From NCBI RefSeq assembly GCF_030028105.1, contig NC_092400.1, forward strand, positions 15,066,001 to 15,130,000: a DNA stretch of 64,000 nt, in the 5' to 3' direction. Source of the stretch: Mobula birostris (taxonomy: Eukaryota). This document shows, piece after piece, positions 62,244 through 64,000 of the stretch. Position numbers and translations under genes: made by a program. The notes under the pieces were generated by a model that saw only the letters and a program-made list of their open reading frames with translations, was not told the DNA's origin and did no database searches. The stretch's first letter is position 1, and every line of letters starts with the position of its first letter.

Positions 62244-63271
62244 TGGCTACTGGAAATTAACATTATTGGTGATTAGGAAATCAGTGTGGAATTGATAATT
62301 GTGTGTGAGAGAAAGGATTACAGGAAAAGAAGTTAGGGCTTTCAGAGCCAACAAGGACTTGATGTATTAAATGGTCACCACCTTTTGCCATTATGAATCC
62401 ATTTTGGGATTATTTAAAAAAACATGGTAATAACTTTAGGCAATCTTCGCAAAGTTAAAAGTAAATTTATTTTCAAAGTACATATATGTCACCATATACT
62501 ACCTTAAGTTTTATTTTCTTGCAGGCATTTACAGGAAAATAAAGAAATACAATAGAACTTAAGTGGAAAAGCTATACTTAACAAAGACTGACAAGCGACC
62601 AATGTGCAAAAGATGACAAATTATGCAAGTAATTAAAAATAAGTAAATTAATAATACTGAGAACAAGAGTTGCAGAAAGTGAGTCTATAGATTGATTGTG
62701 GAGTCAGTTCAGTGTTGGAAGTGAGTGAAGTTACCCATTTTGTTTTTAATATAGATTAATCTTCCACCTTGTTTGGATTCTTTAAAAATATTGAGATTGT
62801 ATCAAGTAACTTCACAGGCCAGCATTTTAGTGTAGTGGTTAGCACAACGCTTTGCAGTGCCAGTGACCTGGGCTCAGTTCCCATTGCCACCTGTGAGGTG
62901 TCTGTAGGTTCCCCCTGTGACTGTGTGGGTTTCATCCCACAGTTGAGGGCCTGTCTCAAAAAGAAGTTCATATAATTTCATTCACCAATTTGCCTAGGGT
63001 TTGAGTTGGGAAACTACTTATTAGCTTTTTTTTTTAAAAAAACATGGCAGTATGACGTTAGAACCCTTTCAGCTTTTTACTTACATGCATTGTGAAATGA
63101 AATGAAGGGCTGGAGCGGAAGTGCACAAGTCTGACTTTAATCACGGTTTCAAGTTTGAAGTGGTTTCCAGTGCCCAGGTTATCAGTGAAACTGTTGCTAA
63201 CCATCAGAATAGGAGGCTCTTTTGACAGACTGTAACAACTGCCCCTGGTGCTGTGTTGGATTTGTGTTGGA

Positions 63272-63911
63272 TCTGGCATTCATAGCAAGAGGATTCGCGT
63301 ACAGGAGCAGGGAGGTACTACTGCAGTTGTACAAGGCCTTGGTGAGTCCACACCTGGAGTATTGTGTGCAGTTTTGGTCCCCTAATCTGAGGAAAGACAT
63401 CCTTGCCATAGAGGGAGTACAAAGAAGGTTCACCAGATTGATTCCTGGGATGGCAGGACTTTCATATGATGAAAGACTGGATGAACTAGGCTTATACTCG
63501 TTGGAATTTAGAAGATTGAGGGGGGATCTGATTGAAACGTATAAAATCCTAAAGGGATTGGACAGGCTAGATGCAGGAAGATTGTTCCCGATGTTGGGGA
63601 AGTCCAGAACAAGGGGTCACAGTTTGAGGATAAAGGGGAAGCCTTTTTGGACCGAGATTAGGAAAAACTTCTTCACACAGAGAGTGGTGAATCTGTGGAA
63701 TTCTGTGCCACAGGAAACAGTTGAGGCCAATTCATTGGCTAGATTCAAGAGGGAGTTAGATATGGCTCTGGTGGCTAAAGGGATCAGGGGTTATGGAGGG
63801 AAGGCTGGTACAGGGTTCTGAGTTGGATGATCAGCCATGATCATACTGAATGCAGTGCAGGCTCGAAGGGCCGAATGGCCTACTCCTGCACCTACTTTCT
63901 GTGTTTCTATG
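63272..63911 (+). mobile_element. CR1 LINE 3' fragment, young
   Basis: ORF 63222..63821 has LAFIARG..LYKALVSPHLEYCVQFWSP..FFTQRVVNLWNS with no stops; tail tttctgtgtttctatg. Confidence 0.93.
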
Positions 63912-64000
63912 ACACCATTTCAGAACTTGCCACTCCAGCCAGTGACCACAGTGTATGGCTAACAAAAGGAAGGAGGACTTATCAGTACTATGAAAATGGG

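Noticed and set aside
400-63433. The many 60-150 aa ORFs in the track
   Set aside because: Most are antisense or off-frame reads of repeats or random ORFs with non-ATG starts. Only those overlapping AACS exons or TE domains are supported.

Overview
This is AT-rich, repeat-dense vertebrate genomic DNA, not a prokaryotic locus. The repeat repertoire (CR1, Rex1/Babar, DeuSINE, V-domain SINEs, Penelope-derived pieces) suggests a cartilaginous fish, probably a ray; the taxon is an inference. The window holds the 3' part of one + strand gene, acetoacetyl-CoA synthetase (AACS). Ten GT-AG-bounded exons (65..145 through 59323..59460) splice in phase into 1104 nt, i.e. 367 aa plus stop, followed by candidate poly(A) signals. 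The introns are largely transposable elements. The best structures are: a three-level nest (Tc1 containing a hAT with an 8-bp TSD, containing a solo LTR) whose removal restores both transposase frames; a family of short Penelope-type repeats whose consensus forms a minimal, dimer-type hammerhead ribozyme; a young CR1 with an intact 468-aa RT frame; an antisense solo LTR 24 nt from a splice donor; and several MITE families with readable TIRs and TSDs. I found no CRISPR array, rRNA, genuine tRNA gene or second host gene, and no convincing wholly new biological system. Family names come from motif recognition, not database searches, and many repeat boundaries are approximate.
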